DNA of 63,996 nucleotides, the filler included, from Thraustochytrium aureum (Eukaryota): the NCBI GenBank assembly GCA_012862495.1. It is 4 parts of 3 records of this genome, joined end to end, with 100 filler letters (N's around TTAATTAATTAA, not from the genome) between each part and the next. Parts side by side here need not be neighbours in the genome. Positions count along the whole stretch, not along the records: positions 17,237 to 46,999 come from BLSG01000073.1; positions 47,100 to 62,662 come from BLSG01000077.1; 2 more parts are not named here. The stretch is one strand, 5' to 3'. Within the stretch, counting starts at the first letter, position 1. Every line of letters begins with the position of its first letter. The translations under genes were made by a program, and so were the position numbers. A model generated the notes under the pieces. The model made no database searches. It was not told where the DNA came from and worked only from the letters and a program-made list of their open reading frames with translations. This document shows, in pieces, positions 45,562 through 57,560 of this stretch.

Positions 45562-46274
45562 TCAAGCAGTGGCGCTGCTCTTGTCCTTGCGCGCGAAGAA
45601 GCTGACAATCGACTGTGCAACGGTGTACGAGAAGATCAGCTTGGGTCCGACGACGAGGATCTTGGGGCCAAGGCCCTTGAAGAAGGCGCCCATGCCCTCG
45701 TTGCGCACGATGTTGCGCACGATCTGGACACCGCTCTCCGGCGCATCGAATGGCTTGTTCTGAACGCGGGTCTTGACGACGTCGAGAGGGGCGGCGACAG
45801 TGATGGAGGCCACCGAGCCGGCGATCGAGGCGATGAAGTTCTGCATGAAGGTGGCGTCGGTGACCTTGTCGTGGCCGAACACGCCGTGGTGCACGATGGC
45901 AGAGCCGCCGAACAGGGCAAACGAGCCTGGCGCGTTGCGGGCGGCGGTCCAGCCGGCGCCGCGGTAGAGGCCGCGGCCTTCGGTCATGAAGATCTCGACG
46001 ACGCCGCGGCCCTTGAGGACCTCGGGGTTGGTCTGCGCCTTGATCTTGAGCACGTCGAGGGGGAGGAGGGCGATCTCGCCGACGCCCATGATGGCGCCGG
46101 CCACGCCAGCGGAGAGCACGCGGCCGGTCTTCTCCCCGAAGCTCGAGGTGAGGCCAGGGCCGTAGTTTTTGTTGATAAAGTCCTTGACGTATGGCTGGCC
46201 GCCAAACTTGTACGTGCGCTGAAGGATCTTGTAGCCGGCGGCGAAGCCGAGGCCCGGAAACATCGACTTGAGCT
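45562..46274 (-). CDS. GGC1: Mitochondrial GTP/GDP carrier-like protein (SLC25 family), 5'-partial
   Basis: GLGFAAGYKILQRTYKFGGQP, LLPLDVLKIKAQTNPE, YRGAGWTAARNAPGSFALFGG, PLDVVKTRVQ. Confidence 0.88.
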
Positions 46275-46365
46275 NNNNNNNNNNNNNNNNNNNNNNNNNN
46301 NNNNNNNNNNNNNNNNNNNNNNNNNNNNNNNNNNNNNNNNNNNNNNNNNNNNNNNNNNNNNNNNA

Positions 46366-46500
46366 CGCTGCTGGGCGCCCTTGCCCTCGCTGCTGGGCGC
46401 CCTTGCCCTCGCTGCTGGGCGCCCTTACGCCAACGCTGCCAGGCGCCCTCGCCCTCGCTGCTGGGCGCCCTTGCCCTCGCTGCTGGGCGCCCTTACGCCA
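46366..46500. repeat. ~22-bp tandem repeat CGCTGCTGGGCGCCCTTGCCCT
   Basis: About six imperfect copies adjacent to an N-gap. Confidence 0.9.
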
Positions 46501-47043
46501 ACGCGCCGGCCGCGCTCGTTGGGCGTTTTTCGCTGCCGCGTCGCGTTGCGGGTCTGCCGCCGCTTCTCGCTCCTACGATGCGAGCAGCTCGACTGCCACC
46601 TAAGGTGACTCTGCGGCGCGCTACTCGCAGTGTCGACGCCCTGCTACTCGTAGGCCTATGATGACAATGGCGAGGCGGACGTTCCCGCTCGGGTTCTGCT
46701 AGGGTTCCACACAGACCCGCGCATGTATGCACTTTTTGAGTACGTAGTTCTCACTCACCATACTCGAGTACTTACTTGCTTGCTCACAGAGTACCTGCCT
46801 TAGCGGTATTCATGAGCGGCGTAACGCGAAGGAGGTTGTTTGCGAGAGGCTCTGCTGAGGCTCCAGCCGGCCAGCACAGCGCTCGTTCTGGTTTCAAGAA
46901 GGTGGGCTTCAGGCTCCCAGTCCCCTGGCCTCGTTCGCCTCGGCCAGGCTTAAAAAACAACTGCGCCACCAGGTCGTCCGTTCGTCATACTTGACGGGGN
47001 NNNNNNNNNNNNNNNNNNNNNNNNNNNNNNNNNNNNNNNNNNN

Positions 47044-47055
47044 TTAATTAATTAA
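47044..47055. other. Artificial scaffold linker TTAATTAATTAA
   Basis: Same spacer, flanked by N runs. Confidence 0.95.
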
Positions 47056-47125
47056 NNNNNNNNNNNNNNNNNNNNNNNNNNNNNNNNNNNNNNNNNNNNC
47101 GGCCTCCTCGCGCCCCCCCCTGCAC

Positions 47126-49021
47126 ATGCCCATGATCCAGCAACTCCCGCCCGCCGCGATGGGGTCGCAGCAAGCCACTTCGCCCGACTCGGCGCGGTAC
47201 CTCCGCTCCGACTCGGTCCCGCCAACCTCACCAGGGTCGAGCACGCCGAGCACTGCGATTGGGCTGGCCGCCAGCGCGTCCGAGTCGTGGGCCTCGTCCA
47301 ACTCGTCGTCCGCGGCGAGCTCTGGAACGACCGCTGACGGGACAGGGGCGCCGAAGAGCAGCCTTCTGGAAGAGCTTCGGCTGAAGATGAAGCAGAGCGC
47401 TGCGCCGAACAGCGGGCAGCACGCGCAACGCGGGTACGATTCCGGAAGAGGCCTTTCGCACAACCACGGCCACATGCACCAGCAGCAGGCCTTCCAACAC
47501 CAAGGGTCAGGCGGGATGCGTCACCAGCAGCAGCAAGGCCAGCAACACGGAGTGTCAATGCTTGGGCGAAACCACATGGGCTCGCATCACCACGCACCCC
47601 TGCATCAGGGCCAGACGAGTGTCTCTCTCATGGGTGGCTCATCCCAATCCCTGCCCCACCTGCAGCACGTGAGCATGCAGCAACAACAGCAGCAGCAGCA
47701 GCAACAGCAGCAAGGGTACCTCCAGCACCACCAACAGCCGGTCAAATCCATGCAGAGCACGGCAGGGCCGACCCATTCTGGCTTCTTCGGGGCAAGTGGT
47801 CTAGCTGCAGGGGCTCCAAGCCCGTCGCAGCTCGGCCACCACAGCGGGCGGCACAGCAAGACCAAGGGTGGCGGGCCTGCCAGCGGCGTGGCGTGGGGCC
47901 TGCGCGCCATCCTAGGGCAGGTGAACGAGTTTGCCAAAGACCAGCACGGGTCGCGCTTCATCCAGCAGCAGCTCGAGTCGCCGACCGTGGCGGCCGAGGA
48001 CAAGCAGGCACTTTTTGAAGAGGTGCTTCCCTTTGCGCGCATGCTCTGCACGGACGTTTTTGGCAACTATGTGTTTCAAAAGCTGCTCGACCCCATGGTG
48101 GGCACCGCGACGCAACAAGAGCAGCTCTGCCAGGCTGCGCTCGAGGGCAACATGCTCGAGCTCTCGATGCACATGTACGGCTGCCGCGTCGTGCAAAAGC
48201 TTGTCGAAAAGGTATTTGGGGAAGAGGGGAGCGACCTGCGCCGCCAGTTCCAGCTCCCTGAGAGCAAAGCGCTGCCGGGCGCGCTTCTATACAGCATGGA
48301 ATACCAGGACAAGCTGCTGCGCGAGCTTGACGGCTCCATTCTGCAGTGCGTGCAAGATCAAAACGGCAACCACGTGCTCCAAAAGTGCATCGAGCAAGTC
48401 CGCCCGCTCGAACGCATCGCCTTCATCCTAGACGCGTTCAAGGGCAACATTGTTTCGATGGCGCGGCACCCGTACGGATGCCGCGTTGTGCAGCGCATCT
48501 TGGAGAACTGCGACGAGGCGCGCATCCGCATCGCGCTTGGGGAGCTCATCGCCGAGATCGACGTGCTCGTCGTCGACAGCTTTGGCAACTATGTCGTCCA
48601 GCACGTGATCGAGTCGCGCCACCAGGAGCGAAACTCGGCGGAGCGGAAGCGCGTTCTCAAGGCAGTCAACGACAACGTCCTCGCCTACAGCACGCACAAG
48701 TTCGCCTCCAACGTGGTAGAAAAGTGCCTTCAGTTTGGCGATGCCAAGGAGCGCCGCCAACTCATCGAGAAAATGCTCGACCGTTCTGACGGAGGTCGCC
48801 GCGTCTGCCCGCTTGTGCCCATGATGAAAGACCCCTATGCCAACTACGTGGTGCAAAAGGTGATCGACCGCGCCGAGCCCGACCAGCGCGAGCGCGTCGT
48901 CCAGCTCGTACGCGAGAATGCGCAGGCGCTCAAGCGCCTCACGTACGGCAAGCACATCCTCGCGCGCCTGGACAAGGCCAGCTCGAACAGCGGCGGCGAG
49001 GGCTTCAGGAAGCGATCGTAG
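47126..49021 (+). CDS. Pumilio/PUF RNA-binding protein with Q/H-rich N-terminus (possibly 5'-partial)
   Basis: Eight PUF repeats: DQHGSRFIQ, DVFGNYVFQ, HMYGCRVVQ, DQNGNHVLQ, HPYGCRVVQ, DSFGNYVVQ, HKFASNVVE, DPYANYVVQ; polyQ tract near 47680-47710. Confidence 0.95.
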   Translation: MPMIQQLPPAAMGSQQATSPDSARYLRSDSVPPTSPGSSTPSTAIGLAASASESWASSNSSSAASSGTTADGTGAPKSSLLEELRLKMKQSAAPNSGQHAQRGYDSGRGLSHNHGHMHQQQAFQHQGSGGMRHQQQQGQQHGVSMLGRNHMGSHHHAPLHQGQTSVSLMGGSSQSLPHLQHVSMQQQQQQQQQQQQGYLQHHQQPVKSMQSTAGPTHSGFFGASGLAAGAPSPSQLGHHSGRHSKTKGGGPASGVAWGLRAILGQVNEFAKDQHGSRFIQQQLESPTVAAEDKQALFEEVLPFARMLCTDVFGNYVFQKLLDPMVGTATQQEQLCQAALEGNMLELSMHMYGCRVVQKLVEKVFGEEGSDLRRQFQLPESKALPGALLYSMEYQDKLLRELDGSILQCVQDQNGNHVLQKCIEQVRPLERIAFILDAFKGNIVSMARHPYGCRVVQRILENCDEARIRIALGELIAEIDVLVVDSFGNYVVQHVIESRHQERNSAERKRVLKAVNDNVLAYSTHKFASNVVEKCLQFGDAKERRQLIEKMLDRSDGGRRVCPLVPMMKDPYANYVVQKVIDRAEPDQRERVVQLVRENAQALKRLTYGKHILARLDKASSNSGGEGFRKRS

Positions 49022-49375
49022 GGCAAGTGCTCTTGTGATCTCATCGCAGCCTGGTTGCCGCAGCTCAGTTGGAGTGCCAGATGGGACTGGGTGCCCCGGT
49101 TTGCTTGCCTTTGCCTTCTCTTGAATGGTTGCGTTTCACACTCGAGCTGTCGCAGCGCGCCTGCCTGGCGGATCGCCGCGCGCGCGCCCAAGTGGCCCCG
49201 ACGCAACCTCTCCGTTTTGATTGACACACAAATTCACCGAGACAGTATTGTTCCCTCCGCTACTGGTGCATTGTGGCTTTGGCTTCTTCGAGTCCAACGC
49301 GCGGCGCCCGTGGGCTCAGAGTCGTTGATGCCCCAAAGTCCGCCGCCCTTTATCCCGGCCGTGTGGGGCGGAGAG

Positions 49376-50685
49376 CTAAAACAAGGACCGCCCCAAGCAG
49401 CGCTCCACCACCCCGTCGACGGCCGGCGGCGGCGGAGCGTGGTCCTCGTGTGTCGTGGTCGCAGACAGGACCGAGTCGCCTTCGACGAGGGCACTGGCGC
49501 TAGTTCCAGAGGAGGCCAAAGCCGGACGCAGACGAGCTTCTGGCGGCGGCGAAACCAGCTGCTGCGCCGCAAACCCGTGCCGGAGCGTTTCGGCTCGGGT
49601 GGCTTCCTCGTCATCGGCCCACGACGATAGCGACGAGGAGGACAAATTGCCATCGCGGCGGGCGACTGAGCTCTCGCCCTCTGGAGCACAGAGCGCCTCG
49701 CCAGGGGTCGGCTCTGGCGCATCGGCAAACCATTCACTGGCTTGTGCGGCCACGGCGTCGAGCCGCTGCGCTGGGTCGCACACGAGCAAGCCGGCGAGGA
49801 GTTTGAGAGCCGGCTCAGGGCAGTCGAGCCCACCGCGCGCCACGTACGAGGCCAGCGGCAGGCCCTCGACGGCGCGAAAGGGCATGAAGAACGGCAGGTC
49901 GCTGATCCCTGGCCAGGTCGCCTCCGTCGGTGTGCCTAGGACTTGAAACACCTTGCCGAGCTGGTCGATGTCGCTCTCGCCCTGGAAGAGCGCCTCTCGC
50001 TTAATCATCTCACCGAGCAGGCAACCGCAGGCCCACATGTCGACCTTGCATCCATAGTCCCTCTGCCCGTATAGTATCTCTGGCGCGCGGTACCAACGCG
50101 TCGCGACCTGCATGGTCCGAGCCCCTTGATCCGCCTCCAGCGCGGGGCCTAGCACGCGCGCCGACCCAAAGTCGGCCAGCTTCACGCGGCCGTCGGCGCC
50201 AACAAGCACGTTGTTCGGCTTGATGTCCCGGTGGGCGATGCCCTTCGCGTGGACGTACGCTACGGCGCACAGGAGGTCTGCCATGTAGCGCTTGATGTCG
50301 GCCTCGTCAAGCCGTGTCGCGGGCCTCGTGATCACCTGGTCCAGGTCCCACTTGCACAGCGGGAGCACCAAGTTGATCCTGCCGTCCTCCTCAAACACGT
50401 CCAAGAGCTTGCCGCGCGCGGCACGACCCGTCAGCCCTCCTGCCCAGCGCCGTCACGGCCGTCCGCAGCCCCGCTTACCTCGACCACATTCTCATGCGCC
50501 AACTCCTTGAGCAGCTTAATCTCTCGCACAGCCAGCCACCTCACGCCGCTTTCCCCGAGGCCCGCCCGCATGCGTTTGATGGCCACGACCCGCCCCGACC
50601 CGCGTTCAACGCCCTTGTACACCACGGCAAAGGTGCCGTCGCCCACGGCCTCCTCGCGCGAGTACCCTGCCCGCGCGTCCTGCAT
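49376..50685 (-). CDS. Cyclin-dependent kinase, CDK7/CDK20-like (intron 50408-50478)
   Basis: [44 protein letters not shown] intron; [21 protein letters not shown]. Confidence 0.9.
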
Positions 50686-51246
50686 CTTCTCCCGCCCGAA
50701 CACCTCGGGCGCGGCCTCCGCGGCCAGCTCCTGCTACCCGCTGCCACGCGCCCGCCGGCCTGCTGCGCGTCCGCGGGCGAACGGGGTCTGGCACGGTCCT
50801 GGGCGGCATTGCGAAGATAATGGCGGCATTTGGACGGATGGACGCGTCNNNNNNNNNNNNNNNNNNNNNNNNNNNNNNNNNNNNNNNNNNNNNNNNNNNN
50901 NNNNNNNNNNNNNNNNNNNNNNNNNNNNNNNNNNNNNNNNNNNNNNNNNNNNNNNNNNNNNNNNNNNNNNNNNNNNNNNNNNNNNNNNNNNNNNNNNNNN
51001 NNNNNNNNNNNNNNNNNNNNNNNNNNNNNNNNNNNNNNNNNNNNNNNNNNNNNNNNNNNNNNNNNNNNNNNNNNNNNNNNNNNNNNNNNNNNNNNNNNNN
51101 NNNNNNNNNNNNNNNNNNNNNNNNNNNNNNNNNNNNNNNNNNNNNNNNNNNNNNNNNNNNNNNNNNNNNNNNNNNNNNNNNNNNNNNNNNNNNNNNNNNN
51201 NNNNNNNNNNNNNNNNNNNNNNNNNNNNNNNNNNNNNNNNNNNNNC

Positions 51247-52237
51247 AGAGGCGCAGAGTGGGCTGTACTGCGAGCCGGACGACTGTTACACGTTGCTCGG
51301 GCTTGATCGATACGACTCGCCCAGCACCAAGGACATCAAGAAGGCGTACCGCGCGCTGAGCCGCGACCTGCACCCGGACCGGAATCGCAACGATCCGGCG
51401 GCAGCGAGCAAGTTCTCAAAGGTCGCGCGCGCGTACGAGATTCTCGTGGACGACGAGTCGCGCAACGAGTACCACTATGCGCGAGACCACCCCGAGGATG
51501 TGATGGGCAACAGCTACAGGTATTACTCGCGCGTGTACGCGCCAAAGGCGGACCCGCGGCTCGTGGTCGTAGCCATCGTGGCCGGCCTCTCCGCGCTGCA
51601 GTGGACGCTGCAGTTGCTCATGTTCAAGAATGGCAAGCGATACCTTCAAAAGTACCACCCAAAGTTTCAAAAGGAGGTCAAGCGCATTGCCCGCGAAAGG
51701 CTCGACGCATCTCGCGGCGAGGCCGCGGAGCCCTCCATGGGTGGTGCGGCCGCCGCAGCTGCTGCCAAGCGGCGAAAGCGCGACAAAAAGGACCGCAAGA
51801 CTGCGCAGCAAGACGATTTGGCCAGGCTGGCCGAGTTGGAGAAGGAGGTCGCGGCAGAGCTCATCGAAGAGGTTCAAGTAGAGGGCGGGTACCGGGCTCC
51901 TCAGGTTGGCGACTTGCTTTTCGTCAAGTTACTGCAGACGCCATACACGGTTCCAAAGGCGCTGGCGTTCTACGGCGGATGGTTTTACCGGCGGTCTGTG
52001 TCGCGCGTTCCGCTGGAACGGTGGGAGAAACTGTATTTGCTGACTACAGAGCTGAGCCGGTCCGAGGCTGCGCTAGTGGACGAGTTCGGCCAGGAGGGCC
52101 TCGAGCGCCTCATCGAGACAGAATGCTGGCAGCGCGACAACTACCTCAAGTTTCAGGAGGAGCAGTTTCGGCAGAGCAACCCGGAGCGCTACAAGCAGTA
52201 CATGCGTTGGAAAAAGTCTGAAAGGTCGTCCGGTTGA
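51247..52237 (+). CDS. DNAJC25: DnaJ-domain protein, DNAJC25-like (5' in gap)
   Basis: GLYCEPDDCYTLLG, HPD motif, YYSRVYAPKADPRLVVV followed by a TM helix, C-terminal YKQYMRWKK. Confidence 0.85.
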
Positions 52238-52572
52238 GCGGGCGGTTCCGGCGGGCTGCCAATCTCACGGATCGGGCAGGTGCCTGGCTCCCTGGTCCCC
52301 ATTCCTGGTCGAGCACTTAAGAGCTCTCTCTAGAGAGCTCAACTCTCGCTAGGTGCAAGCTCAGTCAGCGATCTGTGGAGCAGCCCTCTAGTAGCTAGTC
52401 ATCTACCAGTACGTGCCTCCTTGCCTTAGCACGCAAGCTGAAAGATTCGGTTTTCTCTTGCCACGCTGCTTTCTACCTGGGCCTTCGAGGCGCTCACCGA
52501 AGCGCTCACCGAACGCAAACGCACGCCACCCAACCCGACCCACGGCACAAGTGCAAGAACGCTTGGCCGACG

Positions 52573-53795
52573 CTAGACGCCGTCCGGCCCGCGTTCCACC
52601 TGGCGCCCAGACCGGATTTGGGCGTCAAGAGCCACGCGGCGAAACTCGGGAGCCAACGACGTAAAGTAGGGCAAGAACATGGCATAAACCCAGCGCGCGG
52701 GCCTCGTTGAGGCACTCCACGCCGCTAGCACGGCGAGGTGGTGTCCTGCGACGCCCCATCCCGCTTCGGCAATTGTCGCGCCCCACGTCTCGTGGAGGAG
52801 TGGCGCCGCAAAGTCGTAAGAGTAGCANNNNNNNNNNNNNNNNNNNNNNNNNNNNNNNNNNNNNNNNNNNNNNNNNNNNNNNNNNNNNNNNNNNNNNNNN
52901 NNNNNNNNNNNNNNNNNNNNNNNNNNNNNNNNNNNNNNNNNNNNNNNNNNNNNNNNNNNNNNNNNNNNNNNNNNNNNNNNNNNNNNNNNNNNNNNNNNNN
53001 NNNNNNNNNNNNNNNNNNNNNNNNNNNNNNNNNNNNNNNNNNNNNNNNNNNNNNNNNNNNNNNNNNNNNNNNNNNNNNNNNNNNNNNNNNNNNNNNNNNN
53101 NNNNNNNNNNNNNNNNNNNNNNNNNNNNNNNNNNNNNNNNNNNNNNNNNNNNNNNNNNNNNNNNNNNNNNNNNNNNNNNNNNNNNNNNNNNNNNNNNNNN
53201 NNNNNNNNNNNNNNNNNNNNNNNNNNNNNNNNNNNNNNNNNNNNNNNNNNNNNNNNNNNNNNNNNNNNNNNNNNNNNNNNNNNNNNNCGCACCGAACGAG
53301 GTCGGTGGCCCGCTCCTGGACAGCGGCGAACGGCGTCTTGCTGGTCAGCCCTGCAGCTTCTTGGGCCGCCAGCTCGGCGCAATCTGTGGAGCAATTTTTC
53401 TCGAGCTTCTTCACGATCTTGCGCGCCGCGCTGCGATTCGCGATGCAAAATTTGAGGATTGCCTGCAAGTCTTCGGCCCAGTCTACGAAATCTGCGAGGA
53501 CCTGATCAGCCAGCTCGCGCTCGACTTGGCTGCTGTGCTTGAGCGAGATGACGCGCTGCTTGATGTCAACCCGCTCCCTCTCGGCCTTGCTGACCACGCT
53601 CATGGCAAAGGCGTTGCAGTTGCTCAGGTTGTTCGCCAGACGCCGGTAAAAGGCCTGGACCACGACGAGTTCATCCGGCGACCCGCGCACCGCGACGGCT
53701 TGAACGATTAGCCCTTTGAGCGCATGATAGTCTACATAGTACGGTTCCCACCCGGGCTCCATCAGCTCCTCGATCAGCCGCTTGCCAAACTTCAT
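52573..53795 (-). CDS. SPX-domain protein (middle in gap; C-terminal extent uncertain)
   Basis: MKFGKRL...WEPYYVDYHALKGLI and FCIANRSAARKIVKKLEK are SPX hallmarks. Confidence 0.75.
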
Positions 53796-54078
53796 CGTGC
53801 CACCGCCTTGCTTCTTGGCCCGCTATCTCGCCTCCTGCTCGCCAGCTGAGCCGCTTCACACTGCGCAGGTGAGGCTCTGCGCCAGCCTCCAACCCATCGG
53901 CCGCGACCCTCCAGACGAAAGGCAGGCACTTGGTGCTCGCCCGCGTTGTGCGACTGCTAGAGCTAGAGCACCCTCTTGGCGGCAAACATCGCAAGTCGTT
54001 GTAAAAAAGCGCACAGCTTCCAACTTTGGCCAGCAGCAGCCGCAGGAGGACCAGCGGCAGGATCAGCGGCAGCAGCGC

Positions 54079-54131
54079 CTGCAACAGCGACGTGACTTGG
54101 CAGGTCTGCAACAGCGACGTGACTTGGCAGG
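54079..54131. repeat. Direct duplication of CTGCAACAGCGACGTGACTTGGCAGGT, followed by (GCTG)n near 54150-54176
   Basis: Directly visible. Confidence 0.85.
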
Positions 54132-54378
54132 TTGGCCCACGCTCGCCCGCTGGCTGGCTGGCTGGCTGGCTGGCTGGGGAATGATGCATTGGCGTTGGGC
54201 TCCGAATCCTCAGGTCGAATCTTGCGAGGACCAAAGGGGTCGCGAAGCCATCCTTGTTCGCTGTGCGGAACTCCCTTACTAGTAGAGTGCGCCGGCCAGG
54301 TGTGCCGCAGGCGTCGTAGTCGAGCAGAGCGCGGTCTGAAGCAGCGCAGAAGGTCTACCTAGTGGGTCCCGCAAATGG

Positions 54379-54845
54379 TCACGGCGCCGCAGAGCTTTGC
54401 AACTTGGCAAGCGCCGAAACGAGCTGCCGCACCGAAGGCCGGTCCTGCGGATTCTTGGCCATGGTTTGCCTCAAGATTGATTTGAAGGCTTCCGAGTACT
54501 CTGACGAGGCCGGGAACTTGACGTTTGCCTGGCGAATGGCGAGCGTCTGCACGCCCTGGACCGGATGCTCAAAGGGGCTGTACATACGACCATACGTGAG
54601 CGCGTATATGGTTGTTCCCACACTCCAAACATCGAGCTTCTCGTCGAGTACGAAGGGGATCGAGGGGATCTCGAACAGCTCGGGGGCCCTGTAGGGCGCA
54701 CTGCACTTGACGCTGGCATCATCGGCAGCCATGAGGGCCTCGTTCCGCGTCGTGATCTGGACCGTGCGCGGCCCAGCAGAACCAAGGTCCATCAGAATCG
54801 GCGTCACCGCTGCGTAGTCGGCAGGCAAGTTTATGGTCGCCCCCC
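54379..54845 (-). CDS. STK16: Ser/Thr kinase, STK16/Env7-like (C-terminal part; rest in gap)
   Basis: PILMDLGSA, an extended NAK-type activation segment, CSAPYRAPELF, DEKLDVWSVG, SPFE. Confidence 0.85.
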
Positions 54846-55812
54846 GNGNNNNNNNNNNNNNNNNNNNNNNNNNNNNNNNNNNNNNNNNNNNNNNNNNNNN
54901 NNNNNNNNNNNNNNNNNNNNNNNNNNNNNNNNNNNNNNNNNNNNNNNNNNNNNNNNNNNNNNNNNNNNNNNNNNNNNNNNNNNNNNNNNNNNNNNNNNNN
55001 NNNNNNNNNNNNNNNNNNNNNNNNNNNNNNNNNNNNNNNNNNNNNNNNNNNNNNNNNNNNNNNNNNNNNNNNNNNNNNNNNNNNNNNNNNNNNNNNNNNN
55101 NNNNNNNNNNNNNNNNNNNNNNNNNNNNNNNNNNNNNNNNNNNNNNNNNNNNNNNNNNNNNNNNNNNNNNNNNNNNNNNNNNNNNNNNNNNNNNNNNNNN
55201 NNNNNNNNNNNNNNNNNNNNNNNNNNNNNNNNNNNNNNNNNNNNNNNNNNNNNNNNNNNNNNNNNNNNNNNNNNNNNNNNNNNNNNNNNNNNNNNNNNNN
55301 NNNNNNNNNNNNNNNNNNNNNNNNNNNNNNNNNNNNNNNNNNNNNNNNNNNNNNNNNNNNNNNNNNNNNNNNNNNNNNNNNNNNNNNNNNNNNNNNNNNN
55401 NNNNNNNNNNNNNNNNNNNNNNNNNNNNNNNNNNNNNNNNNNNNNNNNNNNNNNNNNNNNNNNNNNNNNNNNNNNNNNNNNNNNNNNNNNNNNNNNNNNN
55501 NNNNNNNNNNNNNNNNNNNNNNNNNNNNNNNNNNNNNNNNNNNNNNNNNNNNNNNNNNNNNNNNNNNNNNNNNNNNNNNNNNNNNNNNNNNNNNNNNNNN
55601 NNNNNNNNNNNNNNNNNNNNNNNNNNNNNNNNNNNNNNNNNNNNNNNNNNNNNNNNNNNNNNNNNNNNNNNNNNNNNNNNNNNNNNNNNNNNNNNNNNNN
55701 NNNNNNNNNNNNNNNNNNNNNNNNNNNNNNNNNNNNNNNNNNNNNNNNNNNNNNNNNNNNNNNNNNNNNNNNNNNNNNNNNNNNNNNNNNNNNNNNNNNN
55801 NNNNNNNNNNNN

Positions 55813-55890
55813 GCAGGCAGGCAGGCGCGTAGGCAGGCAGGCAAACAGGCAGGCAGGCAGGCAAACAGGCAGGCAGGCAGGCGCGTAGGC
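55813..55890. repeat. (GCAG)n-type microsatellite
   Basis: Visible next to the N-gap. Confidence 0.9.
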
Positions 55891-55986
55891 TTGCACGCTC
55901 GCGCGTGTTCTGGCTGGCGCTTTGGCGCAGCTGCTGGACGCCATCGAGTTGTGAGTGCGAGGTTAGGCCAAGTCTGCGGTCCGAAG

Positions 55987-56879
55987 ATGCAGTCGAGGCT
56001 CGCTGAAGTGCAGGCGGCCGTGCCGGTGGCAGAAGATGCGGTTGTGCTCGAAGGCCAGGCCGTGGATATCGAGATGCCCGCAAGGACGTCAGAGAGCATG
56101 CAGCAGTTTTTCAGGGACGTGGAGGATATCAAAAGCACGATTCACTATGTGCGCGAACGGACCAAAGACGTGCACAGGCTGCAGGACCAGGCCCTGAACG
56201 CGGTGCGCACCGAAGACATCAACAAGACGAGCGGCGAGCTTGACCAGGTGCTGTCAGAGGCCAACAAGCGCTGCACGGCCGCCAAGGTCCTGCTGGCGAA
56301 AATGAAGGAGCAGACCGACGATCTCGACAAGGCCGGGTCGACCCCAGAGCTCCGCATTCGGAAGAACATGTACCAGACGCTGACCCAGAACTTTGTCCAG
56401 GCTGTTCGCGCGTACCAGCAGGCGCAGCAGACGTACAAGACCAAGATGAAGTCAAAAGTGGCGCGCCAGGTACGCATTGTCAAGCCCGAGGCAACCTACG
56501 AGGAGATCGACCAGGCGATGAAGAGCGGCGACCCCGGGGCCATCTACCGCGCCGCTATCCTGCAGCCTGGGTGCGATCCTGTTGCGCAAGCCTATGTCGA
56601 CGTCCAAGCAAAGTACCAGGACGTCCTCCGCTTGGAAGAGAGCGTGCAGGCGCTCAACCAGATGTTTCACGACATGGCGATGCTCGTCGAGCGCCAGGGC
56701 GAGATGCTAGACCAGATAGAGCGAAACGTGGAGGGCGCAACAGAGTACGTCGGCCAAGGCACGCAGAATCTCAAAGGCGCCCTCAAGGCGCGCAAGTCGA
56801 TTCGGAAAAATACATGATAATCATCGCGATCTGCGTTATCGTGATTGTCGTGATCATCCTGGTCGTCATCAAGCCCTGA
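55987..56879 (+). CDS. Plasma-membrane-type syntaxin (Qa-SNARE); frameshift near 56808
   Basis: Habc region MQQFFRDVEDIK; SNARE motif LEESVQALNQMFHDMAMLVERQGEMLDQIE; TM anchor MIIIAICVIVIVVIILVVI in the next frame. Confidence 0.92.
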
Positions 56880-57560
56880 GCGCTTGCGCGCGCGTCACTC
56901 AATTTCGTTTGTCGCACTGGCCCGCTTACCTACCCCCAAAGCCCTCTCTACTACTACTAGAGCTAGTTTCTTGATGTATTCCATTCCATGCGGTTGGTTG
57001 GTTTTGATAAAGCTACGCTACCACTCTACCATAGGNNNNNNNNNNNNNNNNNNNNNNNNNNNNNNNNNNNNNNNNNNNNNNNNNNNNNNNNNNNNNNNNN
57101 NNNNNNNNNNNNNNNNNNNNNNNNNNNNNNNNNNNNNNNNNNNNNNNNNNNNNNNNNNNNNNNNNNNNNNNNNNNNNNNNNNNNNNNNNNNNNNNNNNNN
57201 NNNNNNNNNNNNNNNNNNNNNNNNNNNNNNNNNNNNNNNNNNNNNNNNNNNNNNNNNNNNNNNNNNNNNNNNNNNNNNNNNNNNNNNNNNNNNNNNNNNN
57301 NNNNNNNNNNNNNNNNNNNNNNNNNNNNNNNNNNNNNNNNNNNNNNNNNNNNNNNNNNNNNNNNNNNNNNNNNNNNNNNNNNNNNNNNNNNNNNNNNNNN
57401 NNNNNNNNNNNNNNNNNNNNNNNNNNNNNNNNNNNNNNNNNNNNNNNNNNNNNNNNNNNNNNNNNNNNNNNNNNNNNNATGTCGCTAAAATTGGCGGCCG
57501 GCAGCACCCGAGCGGCGCGTGCCGCAAGTCGCCGCCGGTAAAGCGCGCTGTTTCGCAACG

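Noticed and set aside
46366..46500. Tandem 22-bp repeats (also the arrays at 4027 and 15686) as CRISPR arrays
   Set aside because: No unique spacers, no cas genes and a eukaryotic context; these are minisatellites.
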